A stretch of 52,873 nucleotides of DNA from a virus (lineage: Duplodnaviria; Caudoviricetes): IMG/VR virus record IMGVR_UViG_3300030098_001117, positions 1 through 52,873 of that record; one strand, written 5' to 3'. Shown piece by piece: positions 1 through 12,085 of the stretch. Numbering within the stretch: the stretch's first letter is position 1; every line of letters begins with the position of its first letter. The position numbers and the translations under genes are program-made. Under the pieces are notes generated by a model. That model was given only the letters and a program-made list of their open reading frames with translations, did no database searches and was not told where the DNA came from.

Positions 1-1081
1 GCTGATAGCTTATTCTTCCATGTGCTGTAGTGCCATCTGCATTGTTAAAAGCTAAATTTCCTTGATGTGTTGAACCTGATTGTATCGTTATTCCGTCATT
101 ATCATCACCATCACCTACTACTAATTTTTGTGCGAATACATAACCTGTTTGTGAGGTTTGACCTAAATGTACATCGCCCGCAGTATCCAAATATATACCT
201 GTAGTAGCTGCCCTGATTAGGATTGGATTATAAGCACTTGCACCATCGTCATATCCTATGATGTCTATTTGTCCATTTGTAACACTAGATATAACAACAC
301 CTTCACCTTGATGTCCTTCAAAAGAAGCTACATTAGCATCTGCTGAATTTACATGAAGTGTCCTTGCAGGACTCGCAGTTCCTATACCTATTCTGTCTGT
401 ACTAGCATCTACATAAAGAAGATTCTCCTCATTGTCCCCTTCTACTTGAAAATCTTGATTAATACCTTCTTGGTTAAAATGAATCTTTGAAGTATTAAAA
501 GCAGCTCTTGTGCTATTACCGACTACAATTCTAAAGTCATCTGCATTAGCAAATCTTAAATAGGTATCAGTATCGCCTGCGTGAATTATTTTTGAAGGTA
601 TTGTTAAATCACTACCTACTGATAACGTACTGTCCAACGTAGTAGCACCAGTTACATCAAAAGTTCCTACTATGTCTATGTTGTTGGCTAATTTTGCAGA
701 GGTTACTGCTAGATCAGCTAATAAGGCAGTGGATATATTGCCATCAGCAATCTTTGCTGTGGTTACGTTGTCATCTACTATGGAAGCTGTTACTACTGCA
801 CTTGCAGCTAATTGGTCTGCTCCTACGGCATCATCTGCTATTTTTGCCTGTGTTACTTGGTCATTTCCTATATGGGCAGTATCAATAGAACCATCTACAT
901 AGTGTTCTGAATCTATAGCATCATCGGCTATTTTTGCACCAGTTACAGCATCTGCGTTTATCTTTGCTGTGGTTACCGAGTTGCTAGCAAGTTCTGTGGC
1001 TACTATTGCACCATCAGCTATCTTGTCTGCTGTTATAGAACCATCTTCTATCTGTTCGCTTTTTACTGTTGTGTTAGCCAT
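1..1081 (-). CDS. Fibre/adhesin-like virion protein, N-terminal part (runs off the window start)
   Basis: Not in the ORF track. Manual translation from ATG at 1081 gives MANTTVKSEQIEDGSITADKIADGAIVATELASNSVTTAKINADAVTGAKIADDAIDSEH... with (I/V)TxAKIAD repeats and an IGIGTASP motif shared with the neighbouring fibre genes; the frame is open to position 1. Confidence 0.8.
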   Translation of the reverse strand, partial: MANTTVKSEQIEDGSITADKIADGAIVATELASNSVTTAKINADAVTGAKIADDAIDSEHYVDGSIDTAHIGNDQVTQAKIADDAVGADQLAASAVVTASIVDDNVTTAKIADGNISTALLADLAVTSAKLANNIDIVGTFDVTGATTLDSTLSVGSDLTIPSKIIHAGDTDTYLRFANADDFRIVVGNSTRAAFNTSKIHFNQEGINQDFQVEGDNEENLLYVDASTDRIGIGTASPARTLHVNSADANVASFEGHQGEGVVISSVTNGQIDIIGYDDGASAYNPILIRAATTGIYLDTAGDVHLGQTSQTGYVFAQKLVVGDGDDNDGITIQSGSTHQGNLAFNNADGTTAHGRISYQ

Positions 1082-1085
1082 TTTA

Positions 1086-1529
1086 TTACTCTATTGTTTT
1101 TCCACTGAACCAAACGCACAGTGAATTTCTTTTGCCTTTCTCTATAGCTGTTACTTCATGGTCTAAATTAGACCTAAATGCTATTAATGTTCCTTTTGTT
1201 CTTGGCATAGTTTCATCTTCTATTACTAAATCTCCGCCCTCGTATTCATTGCCATCTGTTAGCTGCAAGGTGGTAGATACTTTTCTTGCACTTGTGTAGT
1301 TAGGAAAAGGCGGTGTATCTTTATGCAATACAGCTTTATCTCCTTCTTCATACAAATGAAATCTATTGTCTTTTAACCCCATTAATTCAAACTTCCACTC
1401 TTTCTCATCACAAGCCATATCCACAAGGCTTTTTATTTTATCTTGCACCTCATCATTTATGCCACAGTTATTTATAATCTGTTCACATTCGTCAGATGTA
1501 AAAGCGTTTTCTCTTACCCAAGCTATCAT
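1086..1529 (-). CDS. 2OG-Fe(II) oxygenase (PKHD/prolyl-hydroxylase-like)
   Basis: HxD (LHKD), RKVSTTLQL, YEGGDL, distal His (DHEV) and RxS (RNSL) motifs. Start moved to ATG 1529, which overlaps the upstream stop as ATGA. Confidence 0.85.
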   Translation of the reverse strand: MIAWVRENAFTSDECEQIINNCGINDEVQDKIKSLVDMACDEKEWKFELMGLKDNRFHLYEEGDKAVLHKDTPPFPNYTSARKVSTTLQLTDGNEYEGGDLVIEDETMPRTKGTLIAFRSNLDHEVTAIEKGKRNSLCVWFSGKTIE

Positions 1530-1807
1530 GACGCCATATCTGCTTCTATTTTGGCTTTCCACGCAGTCTTAATTGCGTCTGTCCAAACAGCGTTACAAAC
1601 ACCTTGAACTTCAGCAGTTTCACCTGATATATCAGTATCAGCCCATGCTTCAGATGTCCAAACAGCAGGTGGTAAAACGTGTCTGTTAAAAGAGCGAGAC
1701 AATTCTTTCCCACCTTCTTTTATTACAGTCGCAGTTCTTACCTGAACGTGACTGTATTCACCAATCACTTCTATTTTGTCTACTTCTATTGTTTTTGTTA
1801 ATGCCAT
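1526..1807 (-). CDS. Small fibre-associated protein typical of marine phages
   Basis: 93 aa with AGGAG RBS, directly after a fibre gene; the VQVRTATVIKE..ELSRSF.RHVL pattern is familiar from marine phage fibre loci. Confidence 0.55.
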   Translation of the reverse strand: MALTKTIEVDKIEVIGEYSHVQVRTATVIKEGGKELSRSFNRHVLPPAVWTSEAWADTDISGETAEVQGVCNAVWTDAIKTAWKAKIEADMAS

Positions 1808-1822
1808 TATTTTCTCCTTCTA

Positions 1823-4105
1823 TTAAGTGTCTGTGTTATAGGTTACGCTGAAAGATATTCTTCCAACTTGATTCCAGTTTATTACTGCGTTAGACCCATT
1901 ATTCCCAGTACCAGTTTTATAAAGCCTTAATTGATTGGTGCTAGTACCAACATAACCATTAAAATTTCTATCTGTATCTGTAAAAGCCGTAGAAACATCC
2001 CAAGGGGTTACGCCTGCATACCAGTTGTCATCAGATGCCGTAAAAGGCAAAGTGAGAAACATATAAGAACCCTGCCAAGACCACATCTGAGAGTGCTGAA
2101 CATCTACCCAGCAATGAACTATATTCCCTATTTTAGTGTATTGACCATATTGATAAGTGTATGTTGTACCACCATCACCGCCACCTGATTGTCCAAAAAC
2201 AGGTGTCCAAGTACCTTCTTCATAGTCATCAAGTGCGTTAGCTGCTGCTGTGTCTCCATTGAAGGTTATACCATTAGCAGTAATACTTAGTCTTTCTGTG
2301 TCTGAAACTTGAAAATCTATTGTTTCTGCAGAGCCATCAAATATTTGTTTTTCATCTCCATTACCAATTTCTAATGAAGCATCTAGTGCAGCTATTTCTT
2401 TTATATAAGTTTTTCCATCATTATCAAATTTAGCGACATTTACTCTAGAGCTTCCATGACCAGTGTAAATTAATAAGTCATCTGATAAAGCTGAAATTAA
2501 TGGTGGTAATGTAGAACTTCCATTATCTTTTATTTCTATGCCTGAGTAAGCATCTGTTGATTCAACTCGTAGTGGTTGGTTATCAGCACTAGAAATATGT
2601 AAAGGTTTAGCTGGACTCGCAGTTCCTATACCAATCTTATCTGCACTACCATCTACAAAGAATAGATTTTGTTCTGTATCTCCTTCTATTCTAAAGTCTA
2701 CTGCTGCTCCACTATCATTAAATGTTTGTGCTGCATCTGCATTAAAAGCACTTGGAGTTTCCCAAGCTACACCACTTCCTGTTGAAGTTAATACTTGTCC
2801 GTCACTACCTTGTGCTCCACCGACTAAATAATTTGTTGCATTTACTGAACTATTAAATGTAGCTGCACCTGCTTCTGACATATCAAGGGTTAATGCTGTG
2901 ATCGTACTACCACCATCATTACCCCTGAGTATAATGTCTTTATCTGATATTTTAGTTTCTATATAAAGACTATTACTTGAGTTTTCAAAAGAAGCATAAT
3001 GGGTTCCACCATCATTTAATCCTATTGCACCACCATCAGCATCAAGAGTTATATTTGCACCAGAATCAATAGTAATATCACCAGAATCTGAAATAGTAGA
3101 ACCATCTATGGTTATATCGTCTACTGTAAGAGCAGGTGCAGTGACTTTATGTGAAAAATCAAATTCATCATTAGAAGCATCCCATAATAAAGTTGCGTCA
3201 TTAGAAGCATCTACTGCGTCTTGTATGGTTATACCTGCTCCATTTGCAGAACCTGATGTATCACCTGAGCCTTTGTTTAGTGTTATATTTTTATCTTCTA
3301 CGTCTAATGTAGCTGTATTTAATGTCGTTGTACTGCCACTTACTGTGAGGTCTCCTCCTACTGTAACATTGCCTGTAGTTGTTAATGTAGTTGAATCAAT
3401 ATGACCTGTTACATCTATACCATCTGAAGATGTAGCCAATCTTTCTGTGTTGTCGTGATATAAAGTAACTGCACCATCTGCTAGAGCATTTATCAAAGTT
3501 TCTGATCCAGCTAAATTTTTAACTCTCCAAGTATTTGAACTATGTTCTACAGTTGTTCCGCTTAGATAAGTAACGCCGTTTGAATGATGACGAATATTAT
3601 AGTCTTTACTATCTCCAAATGAGAGATAAGCTAAATCTGGAAATCTTGTATATGTCGCTGTTGTACTACTACCATCGTGTGCAGCTTCACTACCATCTAG
3701 GTAGAAATATGTTGTTATTCCACCAGCTCCATCATCTGACCTGAATAAAATATCTTTATCGTCAACATGAGATGCAATAACAAAATCACTACTTGAATCA
3801 GTTAAAGCACCTATAGTAGTTCCTGCGTGTTTAAAATATATGTTCCCACCATCAGCATCAAGTGTAATATCACTAACTACATCTATAGTCATACCTCCAC
3901 CAGTAGTTATCCACGAATTTCCGTCTATGGTTGTATTATCAACTACCACACCTGCGTTGGCTGTAAGTGCACCTGTTGATGTTAGAGTACCTGCTACTGT
4001 TATATTGGTATCTAGTTTGGCACTGGTAACTGCATCGTCAGCTATATTTGCAGTTAATACTGCGTCATTTGCCAAGACCCTTGATGTTATTTTAGTGTTT
4101 GCCAT
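1823..4105 (-). CDS. Fibre protein, 760 aa
   Basis: G/T/S/D-rich beta repeats, ITALTLDMS and IGIGTASP motifs, and a C-terminal ALDDYEEGTWTP...YTKIGNIVH receptor-binding-type tip. Confidence 0.8.
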   Translation of the reverse strand: MANTKITSRVLANDAVLTANIADDAVTSAKLDTNITVAGTLTSTGALTANAGVVVDNTTIDGNSWITTGGGMTIDVVSDITLDADGGNIYFKHAGTTIGALTDSSSDFVIASHVDDKDILFRSDDGAGGITTYFYLDGSEAAHDGSSTTATYTRFPDLAYLSFGDSKDYNIRHHSNGVTYLSGTTVEHSSNTWRVKNLAGSETLINALADGAVTLYHDNTERLATSSDGIDVTGHIDSTTLTTTGNVTVGGDLTVSGSTTTLNTATLDVEDKNITLNKGSGDTSGSANGAGITIQDAVDASNDATLLWDASNDEFDFSHKVTAPALTVDDITIDGSTISDSGDITIDSGANITLDADGGAIGLNDGGTHYASFENSSNSLYIETKISDKDIILRGNDGGSTITALTLDMSEAGAATFNSSVNATNYLVGGAQGSDGQVLTSTGSGVAWETPSAFNADAAQTFNDSGAAVDFRIEGDTEQNLFFVDGSADKIGIGTASPAKPLHISSADNQPLRVESTDAYSGIEIKDNGSSTLPPLISALSDDLLIYTGHGSSRVNVAKFDNDGKTYIKEIAALDASLEIGNGDEKQIFDGSAETIDFQVSDTERLSITANGITFNGDTAAANALDDYEEGTWTPVFGQSGGGDGGTTYTYQYGQYTKIGNIVHCWVDVQHSQMWSWQGSYMFLTLPFTASDDNWYAGVTPWDVSTAFTDTDRNFNGYVGTSTNQLRLYKTGTGNNGSNAVINWNQVGRISFSVTYNTDT

Positions 4106-4106
4106 A

Positions 4107-7100
4107 TTATCCCTCTAGAGTTTCTATTCTAGATTTTAAATCATCTATTATTGTTTGTTGTTCTTGAATTGCTTTTAACAACACAGGTATTGTTTCTGTA
4201 TATTTGATTGAGTAATATTCTTCTTCCTCATCATCTTTTAACTTGGACTTATCTAATACTTGGTCAAACTTACCTACAAAATCTTGTGCTATAAAACCTA
4301 TAGTTTGATGTGAACCTTCAATATCTTTTCTGTTATAAGTTACACATCTTATGTCTTTAATTTTATCTGTGACAGAACCAATATCTTGTATATTTTCTTT
4401 TAATCTTTCATCAGAAAAAGTTCCCCATGATGTGGCATCTGCTGCCAAATTAACACCTGCTGTATTGCCAGATGAATACATTCTTAAAACCCTATTTCCA
4501 GAATTTTGACCAATATAATATGCTGTTCCATCTAACCATTGAAAAGCAGAATATCCACTCCCCTCAATTCTTACATGAGCATCTCCTTCAGAGTTATTAG
4601 CTGCTTCTTTAACGTGAAGTTTTGCAGTAGTACTTGTAGTTCCTATGCCTACGTCTCCTGAATTCGTTATCTGGACTCTTTCTGTATTATTGGTGGCAAA
4701 AACTACAGGTAAATTACTAACAGTACCAAATACCATAGCGTTTTCTGTGTTGCCACTAAACAAGGTACTGCTGTTGTTGTTATCCATACCTGCAATACCT
4801 TCTTGGGTTTTGCCATCAGTATAAAATCTTATGAAGCAATCTTCTTGACCGCTATTATCTGAGTCGGCTTCTAGTCTTAATTCTATGCTTCCTGTATCTT
4901 TAAGATTAAGTTTTGTATCAGGACTCGTAGTTCCTATGCCTACGTTGCCATTAATATAAGCACTACCTCCTAAACGTAAATCCTTGAACCTATAAGAAGG
5001 ATCACCTAAATCGGCATCGTTATCAACTATAGCTCCTGCATTGTCGGTTGGTAATATTCCATTAGCATGAAATCTCAATCCATTATGTCCTGCTGTGCTA
5101 CTATAAATTGTAAGGTCGTTAGCCACATTTGCTAATTGACCAATAGTTGCTATGTCAACTTTGTGATTAAATAATGCTGTTCCAGCGTCTGACATATCAA
5201 GTGTAAGGGCAGTAATATTTGATGAATTATCTACACCTTTGAATACTAAGTCTTGGTCGTTTATTTCTGATTTAATTACAAAATCATTACTACTATTAAA
5301 GAATTGACCTATAGTTGTTCCTGCATCTTTAACATATACATTACCACCATCAGCATCTAAGCTAATATCGCCTGCTACATCTAATGTGAAGTCACCTGAA
5401 GAATTTGCAATACTGCCTGTTACTGTTACACCTGATGATGATGTTGCTAATCTTGCAGTACCATCTTTATATAATGTAGCAGTTCCTGATGCTGCTGATA
5501 TTTGATTTGTACCATCAGACTCTCTAATGTAGATACTATCTCCATCAATTCTTAAATCACCTGTGCCTACTTCCGATATTACTGAATGTGAACCATTATG
5601 TTTTATTACTAAATCATTATCATTACCAATGTTTAATTCAACACTATCTCCCCATTTAGTAGTTTTATTAAATATAGTTTTAGTAGCACTTCCGTCTATA
5701 GTTATGTAAGACGCTGTTCCACCAGAACCATCATCACTCTGGAATATAATGTCTTTGTCATCAGCATTATTAAGTAGTATTAAATCACCAGTATTATTTT
5801 CTATGTATGAATGTGAGCCTGAGTGATAGATTTGTAAATCACTACTGTTACCAAAATCTGCTTTTATACTATCAGTATGTTTGGTATGTTTATCAAACTG
5901 GGTAAAACCTGCACTTCCATCTATAGTTATATACGCTGTATGTCCACCACTTCCATTGTCTGTTCTAAAAATAATATCTGAATCATCTGCGTAATTGGTA
6001 AGATAAAAATGACCAACTTGGTTTTCTATATGTGAAGATGCACTATCATGGTAAAGAGTAAGGTCAGCTAAATCACCTAGTTTTATTTTTTTGCTATCAG
6101 CTAAACTAACATCTGAAGCAAAGGTCACGTTTTCATTGCTATCAAAGGTCATAACCACTGCATCAGCAGAAGATGTTATGCCTACAGCCGTTTCCATGAT
6201 GTCTTTAACGTCTGCCTTTTTAAGTGCATTATCTGTAGCATCAAGAATCATTAAGTAATCACCTGATACTGGTGTTACTGCTGTTAAATTAGATATACCA
6301 CTTGCAGGGAAGGTATTAATGTCCGTTTGGGTAAATGTCATTACCTCTATAGCTGCACTGCTCGCAGGTGCTGCATCAAAGGTTAATGTAGTGCCTGATA
6401 CTGCGTAAGTGGATTTGTTTTGATAAACACCATCTATATAAACCTGTGTATTGTTCTCACTATCAGCAGATACCCCTAATGTGAAGGCAGTTGTGCTTCC
6501 ATTGCCTGTGAAACTGTTTTGCCAAACCCCAGTACCTGCTACTGCTGCAGTAACATGATAGACGACAATTTTCCTGCCATTGGGGGGGGCGGCATCTAGT
6601 GTAAGGGTAGTTCCACTTAACGTGAAATCGTTGGGGTTCATGAACACACCCTCAACAAACACTATAATATTATCTTCACTATCTGGGGCTTGGCTTAATG
6701 TAAATGCTGTTGTTGAACCATTTGCTGTATAAGTATTAACACTAAAGGTAGACGTACCACCACCGCCTATTTCTCCCCAAGAGTCTGTATATCCTTCAAA
6801 CTTACTAAGTGTTGAGTTATACCTAAATAATCCTGCTGCTCCTGAAGGTCTTTGTGCTGTTGTTCCTACTGGTACTTTTACTGCGTCAGTATTTGATATG
6901 TCTAAAGATACGCTTGGTGAGCCAGTTCCGATACCCACTTCACCAGTATCATCTATTGCGAATCTTGTGTATTGAGTACCGCCTTCACTTGCAGCTTCTT
7001 GTATTAAAAATCTTCCATTAGAATCAATACCTTGTTGCCATATTTGCCCTGTTCCTGTTCTGGATAATCTAAAATTAGGAGCAGTTGCATGAGAAACGTG

Positions 7101-10100
7101 TAAAGGGGCATTTACTGTACTTGCACCTATACCTAAGTTTCCACTCTTATCTACACTAATTAAAGGTGCATCAACATTTGCACCACCGATAACAAAATTA
7201 TCAGTAGCATCATCATGTCCTATTGTGTATTGAGCAGACCCATCATTAAAAAATTTGATTTCTGTATCACTACTTGCAGGTGCGTCTAATCTTATTCTTG
7301 CATCTCCTGAAGCTGACTGAATATCAAGCATTTCTACTGGAGCTATTCCAATACCAATTCTCCCAGAGCTACCAAGTAGTACATCATGGTTAAAAGTCGC
7401 AGTACCTGCATCGGACATATCAAGGGTCAGAGCAGTTATTATGCTTCCGCCATCATTCCCCCTAAATTGCATATCCTTATCTTGAACAGCAGCTTTTAAT
7501 TGAACGTCACTGCTACTGTTTATAATTGAAAATATATCTGTTCCTGCGTCTTGGAATTTGATGTCACCGCCATCTGCGTCAAGGGCAATATCTCCTGCAA
7601 CATCAAGTGTTAAATTACCTGTTCCAACATTAATTGTTCCGTGTGCTCCATTATGATAAACCTGCATATCATTATCATCACCAAGCTGTAATTGAGCAGA
7701 ATCAGAATCTAAATGTAGGCTGCCGTGAAATTCTCCGCCACTATTGAATATAGCATTACCTGCATTTGACATATCTAAGGTAAGAGCAGTAATTTCACTT
7801 CCACCATCATTACCTCTGAACAACATATCTTTATCAGAGACCCTAGACCTTATGTAAAAATCACCACTATTATTATTTAAGCTAAATGTTCCAACAATAG
7901 TTCCATCATCACTTAATATAATATCTCCACCTCCTGCATCTAGTGTGAGGTCTGCTCCTACATCTATACTTAAATCTGCAGCATCAGATATGGTTGAACC
8001 ATTAATAGTTATATCGTCTACAGTCAGAGTTGTTAATGTTCCTAAACTGGTAACATTAGTTTGTGCTGCAGTTGATAGAGTTCCTGCTAGTGTAGTTGCA
8101 GTTAGTGTTCCAGTTACTGTTGCACCTGTTGCTGAGGTTGCGAATTTTGCTGAGCTATCGTAGTAGAGAGTAACAGCACCATCTTCTGCTGCAAAAAGAT
8201 AGGATTCTCCATTAGCAGCCTGAAGATTCAAATTAGTTCCCTTAAGAATTAAGTGACCTGTACCCCCATCAGAAATATAAGAATTAGAACCATCATGGTA
8301 TATTTCTAAATCACCACCAGTACCGAATATAGCTTTGGCACTATCAGCAAACTCTAAAGCATCGTCTGATTTATCCCATACAACATTATTGTTAGCACCT
8401 GTAAACGTAACATCTCCATCGTGGGTTGCTCCATCATCAGTTACCGTTCCTGTTACATTTATACCGCCAGAAGCTGTTGCTAGTGTTGCCGTGTTATCGT
8501 AATAAAGAGTAACAGCACCATTAGTAATACAGTCTATAAAATTTTCTGTGCCAGCCTCTCGTTGCAAAAACAAGTTACTTGCTTCAATGTATAAACTTCC
8601 TGCACCAGTTTCCTTTATGTAAGAAGCATTGCTACTACTATCGTGGTAAATTTGTAAATCATCACCTGCACCAAATACTGCTTTTCCATTATCTCCTAAT
8701 TTAATGTCATGGTTAAAAGATGCAGTACCTGCGTCTGACATATCCAGAGTTACGGCTGTTACTGTAGTTCCGCCATCATTACCTTGTAATAAAATATCAC
8801 CATCAGAAATTGAACTATAAATTCTTAGGTTATTACTGTTTTCAGATATTTTTCCAAATTCAGTTCCACCATCTTTTAAACGCAATATGCCATTAGCAGA
8901 ATCTAAAGATATATCCCCACCTATATCTATGGTGAAATTACCACTATCAGAAATAGTAGAGCCATCTATAGTAATGTCATCTACTGTTAGTGTGGTTAGA
9001 GTACCGAGACTTGTAATAGCCGATTGTGCTGCCCCTGTTACTGTAGCTGCCGTTCCTGATACATTACCTGTTACATCACCAGTTATATTTCCTACAAAAG
9101 AAGAAGCTGCAAATGCTTTATTGGCACTTAATCTTGAATTGCCATTATCCCAAGTAATGGTTGGTTTAGAACTTGAACCACCAAACTCTATACCTGCACC
9201 GTCCGTGTTAGCTAATGAAGTAGCACCTTTGCCTACTCTTATAGTTAAATCTTCTACTGTTAATGTTGATGTATTAAGGGTTACTGTATCTCCGTTTACA
9301 GTTAGATCACCTGTTACTGTTAAATCATTGCCTATGGTTACGTCATCAGGTAAAGCTATAGTAATTGCATTGTTAGATACAGTAGTTGTTATCTCGTTTG
9401 TTGTTCCACTTATGGTTAAAGTTTCACCAGTGTTGAATGTATCGTTTGAGCCACTGTCTGCTGATAAAGTAAAAGATGTACTTAGTGATGCTGTGGTTGC
9501 AGATGTTACCCTGCCTTTTGCGTCTATAGTAACTACAGGAATAGCCGTAGAACTTCCATAACTGGCTGCTGTTACACCAGAAGTACCTAATGATACTGCA
9601 CCACTACTAACGCTAAAATCACTCGTAAATGAAGCCACACCTTTATTGGAAGAAGTAGCGTCCTCTGCTGAAAAAGTGACTGTGCCTGAACTTTCTGCGA
9701 CATCTAACCCTTCACCTGCTGCAAATGTAATAGTTCCACCTAAAGCAGTGGCAGTTGTATTAGAACCATCACTGACAGTGATAGTGGAGTTGGCTAACAT
9801 GGCATTAGTAACTACTCCACTTCCAATTATTAAATCTATAGTGCCATCGCCATCTTCATAAGTAGCTGCTATACCAGTTTCAGTATTACTACTAAACATT
9901 GCTCCAACAATGTCTTGAACTCTCTCTGCGTTGACTGTAACTGCACCAGATGAAACTGAGAAATCAGTTGAGTCAAAACTTGCTACCCCTTTGTTACTTG
10001 CAGTTGCATCTTCAGCACTAAATGTTACTGTTCCACTTGATTCTGCTACGTCTAAGCCTTCTCCTGCTGCATAAGTTACTGTTCCGCCTAATGCTATAGC

Positions 10101-11216
10101 TGTGGTGTTGCTTCCGTCTGAAACTGTGATTGATGAATTGGCTAGTTTGGCATTTGCTATAGAGCCTGCCAACATTGCATTAGTTATAACCCCTGAACCT
10201 ATAACTAAGTCAACTGTTCCGTCTCCATCCTCGTATGTAGCTGCAATACCTGTTTCTGTATTGCTTGAGAACATAGCACCTACTATATCCTGTACTCTTT
10301 CAGCGTTTACAGTTACGGCTCCTGAAGAAACAGTAAAGTCCGTGCTATCAAATGATGCTACACCTTTATTGCTACTGGTAGCTTCTTCTGCTGCTATGGT
10401 TATCGTATTAGAAGTGGCAGAAGTATCTATACCTTCTCCACCTGCAACAGTTAGAGTTTCGCTGTCTAAATCTATAGCTATTGTTCCACTATCCGTAGTG
10501 GCATCTAAATCTTGTGCTGTAACTTGTGCATCTACATAGGCTTTAATGGATTGCTGTGTAGCCAGTTTAGTAGCACTATCTGAGGATAAATCATCTTCAT
10601 CTAATACTGCTGAACCTGAAACACCTGTATTGAATACTGGTGAGGTTAATGTTTTGTTCGTTAATGTCTGTGAGCCAGTTAATGTGGCTACTGTGCTATC
10701 TATTGCAAATGTAACTGCATTTCCACTTCCTGTAGTATCTATTCCAGTTCCACCTGTAAATGTTAATGCTTCTGAATCTAGGTCTATGGATAAAGCACCA
10801 CCTGAATCTCCTTGAAAGTCTAAGTCTTGTGCCGTTACTTGTGCATCAACGTAAGCCTTAATGCTTTGTTGTGTGGCTAATTTGGTATTGCTGTTAGTTC
10901 CTAAGTTATCTTCATCTAGGACACCAGTTACTGATGCTCCACCTGCAGTAAAGGTCAATCCAACTAATTTAGTGGTTAGAGAACTGGCATTACTGGAAGT
11001 TGTTGCCAACCATCTTGTATTAGCGTGGTCATATATTACTGTTGAGCCTATATCACTAGAACCTACGGATTCGTCTGCTGTAGTTGCTCCTAATAATGTT
11101 TGTGCTCCTGCTAAACCTTGTGTTCCGACTGTTATTACGCTGATAGCGTCTGCGTCAGTAACAGTTACTTTATTTATAGTATTGGTATTAGTTGTTGATA
11201 CCTTTGATATAGCCAT
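4107..11216 (-). CDS. Giant fibre protein (2369 aa) with C-terminal intramolecular chaperone (peptidase S74-like)
   Basis: Long internal repeats; C-terminal SDERLKENI...IGFIAQD...[16 protein letters not shown] coiled coil typical of auto-cleaving S74 chaperones. Confidence 0.85.
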   Translation of the reverse strand: MAISKVSTTNTNTINKVTVTDADAISVITVGTQGLAGAQTLLGATTADESVGSSDIGSTVIYDHANTRWLATTSSNASSLTTKLVGLTFTAGGASVTGVLDEDNLGTNSNTKLATQQSIKAYVDAQVTAQDLDFQGDSGGALSIDLDSEALTFTGGTGIDTTGSGNAVTFAIDSTVATLTGSQTLTNKTLTSPVFNTGVSGSAVLDEDDLSSDSATKLATQQSIKAYVDAQVTAQDLDATTDSGTIAIDLDSETLTVAGGEGIDTSATSNTITIAAEEATSSNKGVASFDSTDFTVSSGAVTVNAERVQDIVGAMFSSNTETGIAATYEDGDGTVDLVIGSGVITNAMLAGSIANAKLANSSITVSDGSNTTAIALGGTVTYAAGEGLDVAESSGTVTFSAEDATASNKGVASFDSTDFSVSSGAVTVNAERVQDIVGAMFSSNTETGIAATYEDGDGTIDLIIGSGVVTNAMLANSTITVSDGSNTTATALGGTITFAAGEGLDVAESSGTVTFSAEDATSSNKGVASFTSDFSVSSGAVSLGTSGVTAASYGSSTAIPVVTIDAKGRVTSATTASLSTSFTLSADSGSNDTFNTGETLTISGTTNEITTTVSNNAITIALPDDVTIGNDLTVTGDLTVNGDTVTLNTSTLTVEDLTIRVGKGATSLANTDGAGIEFGGSSSKPTITWDNGNSRLSANKAFAASSFVGNITGDVTGNVSGTAATVTGAAQSAITSLGTLTTLTVDDITIDGSTISDSGNFTIDIGGDISLDSANGILRLKDGGTEFGKISENSNNLRIYSSISDGDILLQGNDGGTTVTAVTLDMSDAGTASFNHDIKLGDNGKAVFGAGDDLQIYHDSSSNASYIKETGAGSLYIEASNLFLQREAGTENFIDCITNGAVTLYYDNTATLATASGGINVTGTVTDDGATHDGDVTFTGANNNVVWDKSDDALEFADSAKAIFGTGGDLEIYHDGSNSYISDGGTGHLILKGTNLNLQAANGESYLFAAEDGAVTLYYDSSAKFATSATGATVTGTLTATTLAGTLSTAAQTNVTSLGTLTTLTVDDITINGSTISDAADLSIDVGADLTLDAGGGDIILSDDGTIVGTFSLNNNSGDFYIRSRVSDKDMLFRGNDGGSEITALTLDMSNAGNAIFNSGGEFHGSLHLDSDSAQLQLGDDNDMQVYHNGAHGTINVGTGNLTLDVAGDIALDADGGDIKFQDAGTDIFSIINSSSDVQLKAAVQDKDMQFRGNDGGSIITALTLDMSDAGTATFNHDVLLGSSGRIGIGIAPVEMLDIQSASGDARIRLDAPASSDTEIKFFNDGSAQYTIGHDDATDNFVIGGANVDAPLISVDKSGNLGIGASTVNAPLHVSHATAPNFRLSRTGTGQIWQQGIDSNGRFLIQEAASEGGTQYTRFAIDDTGEVGIGTGSPSVSLDISNTDAVKVPVGTTAQRPSGAAGLFRYNSTLSKFEGYTDSWGEIGGGGTSTFSVNTYTANGSTTAFTLSQAPDSEDNIIVFVEGVFMNPNDFTLSGTTLTLDAAPPNGRKIVVYHVTAAVAGTGVWQNSFTGNGSTTAFTLGVSADSENNTQVYIDGVYQNKSTYAVSGTTLTFDAAPASSAAIEVMTFTQTDINTFPASGISNLTAVTPVSGDYLMILDATDNALKKADVKDIMETAVGITSSADAVVMTFDSNENVTFASDVSLADSKKIKLGDLADLTLYHDSASSHIENQVGHFYLTNYADDSDIIFRTDNGSGGHTAYITIDGSAGFTQFDKHTKHTDSIKADFGNSSDLQIYHSGSHSYIENNTGDLILLNNADDKDIIFQSDDGSGGTASYITIDGSATKTIFNKTTKWGDSVELNIGNDNDLVIKHNGSHSVISEVGTGDLRIDGDSIYIRESDGTNQISAASGTATLYKDGTARLATSSSGVTVTGSIANSSGDFTLDVAGDISLDADGGNVYVKDAGTTIGQFFNSSNDFVIKSEINDQDLVFKGVDNSSNITALTLDMSDAGTALFNHKVDIATIGQLANVANDLTIYSSTAGHNGLRFHANGILPTDNAGAIVDNDADLGDPSYRFKDLRLGGSAYINGNVGIGTTSPDTKLNLKDTGSIELRLEADSDNSGQEDCFIRFYTDGKTQEGIAGMDNNNSSTLFSGNTENAMVFGTVSNLPVVFATNNTERVQITNSGDVGIGTTSTTAKLHVKEAANNSEGDAHVRIEGSGYSAFQWLDGTAYYIGQNSGNRVLRMYSSGNTAGVNLAADATSWGTFSDERLKENIQDIGSVTDKIKDIRCVTYNRKDIEGSHQTIGFIAQDFVGKFDQVLDKSKLKDDEEEEYYSIKYTETIPVLLKAIQEQQTIIDDLKSRIETLEG
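9590..10925 (-). repeat. Tandem internal duplications in the giant fibre gene
   Basis: [28 protein letters not shown] occurs twice (about 10818-10925 and 10503-10610). AE(E/D)[54 protein letters not shown] occurs twice, plus a partial third copy. Confidence 0.85.
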
Positions 11217-11569
11217 TATCTACTTATGTTCCTTCTTACTGTGTAAGTTCCTTCAAGTATTCTGTAAACACCTGATGAACCATCCACTACTTCTAAATCA
11301 TACACCCCATCACCTGCAGTTAAATTAGCTGTATCGGCAGCAGATATGCTCAACGTAACAGTCCCTGCAGCACCCCCTAAAGAGATTCTGCTATTTGCTG
11401 TTGTGAGTGTTATTACTGGTGAAGAACTTTCAGGAGTCTCCCTCAAGTCCATTTCTGCTGATGCGTAACCAGATAAATTGATTACGGTGTCGCTTGAATC
11501 TTTAAGCGTTAGGGTCTGACCAAATGTTGCCCCTTGTTCTATTATAAAATGATGATAACCTGCACTCAT
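11216..11569 (-). CDS. Fibre adaptor/attachment protein (BppU-N/Ig-like)
   Basis: IEQGATF...INLSGY.A.M.LR...[14 protein letters not shown]...GVYDLEV...RILEG pattern; translationally coupled to the giant fibre. Confidence 0.6.
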   Translation of the reverse strand: MSAGYHHFIIEQGATFGQTLTLKDSSDTVINLSGYASAEMDLRETPESSSPVITLTTANSRISLGGAAGTVTLSISAADTANLTAGDGVYDLEVVDGSSGVYRILEGTYTVRRNISR

Positions 11570-11677
11570 ACCTTTTTCCTATATCTAGTATGGTATCTAC
11601 CATCATAAGCGTCTGCTTCGTTAATCTTATCACTATGTACCTAAGATACAATAATGAAATATCAGTAGAGTTATAGG

Positions 11678-12031
11678 TTAAGAACTTTTCTTCTTAGTAG
11701 TTCTCTTTTTAGTAGTCTTTTTAGCAGTAGACTTCTTCTTAGGAGCCTTACCACCTTCCCATGCTTCATTCACATCAGGTGTATCAGGGTCGTCTCCTTT
11801 AAGTGTTCCATCTTCATTTCTTGCCCTTACAGGCTCGCTTGTTTCTTCTGCCCCAGTCTCTGCTTTGACTTCCATTGCCCAACCATTCTCTACAAAAGTG
11901 TTCATTACGTCTTGTTGCCAATCCTCTTTAGCTTCTACTAATTCATCAGCAACATACAGTTTTGTATCTGTGCCTAATTCATTAGCTGCAGCAGGTTTGG
12001 GAACAATGATTTTAAATGTCTTTTTTGCCAT
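11678..12031 (-). CDS. Hypothetical head-associated protein with Lys-rich tail
   Basis: Start moved to MAKKTF (AAGGA RBS); RARNEDGTLKGDDPDTPDVNEAW motif and a basic C-terminus. Confidence 0.55.
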   Translation of the reverse strand: MAKKTFKIIVPKPAAANELGTDTKLYVADELVEAKEDWQQDVMNTFVENGWAMEVKAETGAEETSEPVRARNEDGTLKGDDPDTPDVNEAWEGGKAPKKKSTAKKTTKKRTTKKKSS

Positions 12032-12053
12032 GTCTTTTTCCTTGTTAAAGGTA

Positions 12054-12073
12054 GTGGGGGCATACACCCCCAC
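12054..12073 (-). terminator. GC-rich stem-loop after capsid/decoration genes (attenuator or mRNA stabiliser)
   Basis: Perfect 7-bp stem GTGGGGG-CATACA-CCCCCAC with only a weak U-tract. Confidence 0.5.
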
Positions 12074-12085
12074 ATCCTATTCTCC

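Noticed and set aside
1-11216. Diversity-generating retroelement acting on fibres
   Set aside because: No reverse transcriptase and no template/variable repeat pair differing only at adenines was seen.
672-11328. Many plus-strand ORFs (e.g. 8887-9561, 10102-10539, 10861-11328)
   Set aside because: Antisense shadows of the repetitive fibre genes; low-complexity V/S/P/L translations with no RBS.
11570-11677. tRNA or known ncRNA in the intergenic gap
   Set aside because: Only short hairpins and a possible minus-strand promoter (TTGTAT-N16-TAAGAT); no cloverleaf or T-loop consensus.
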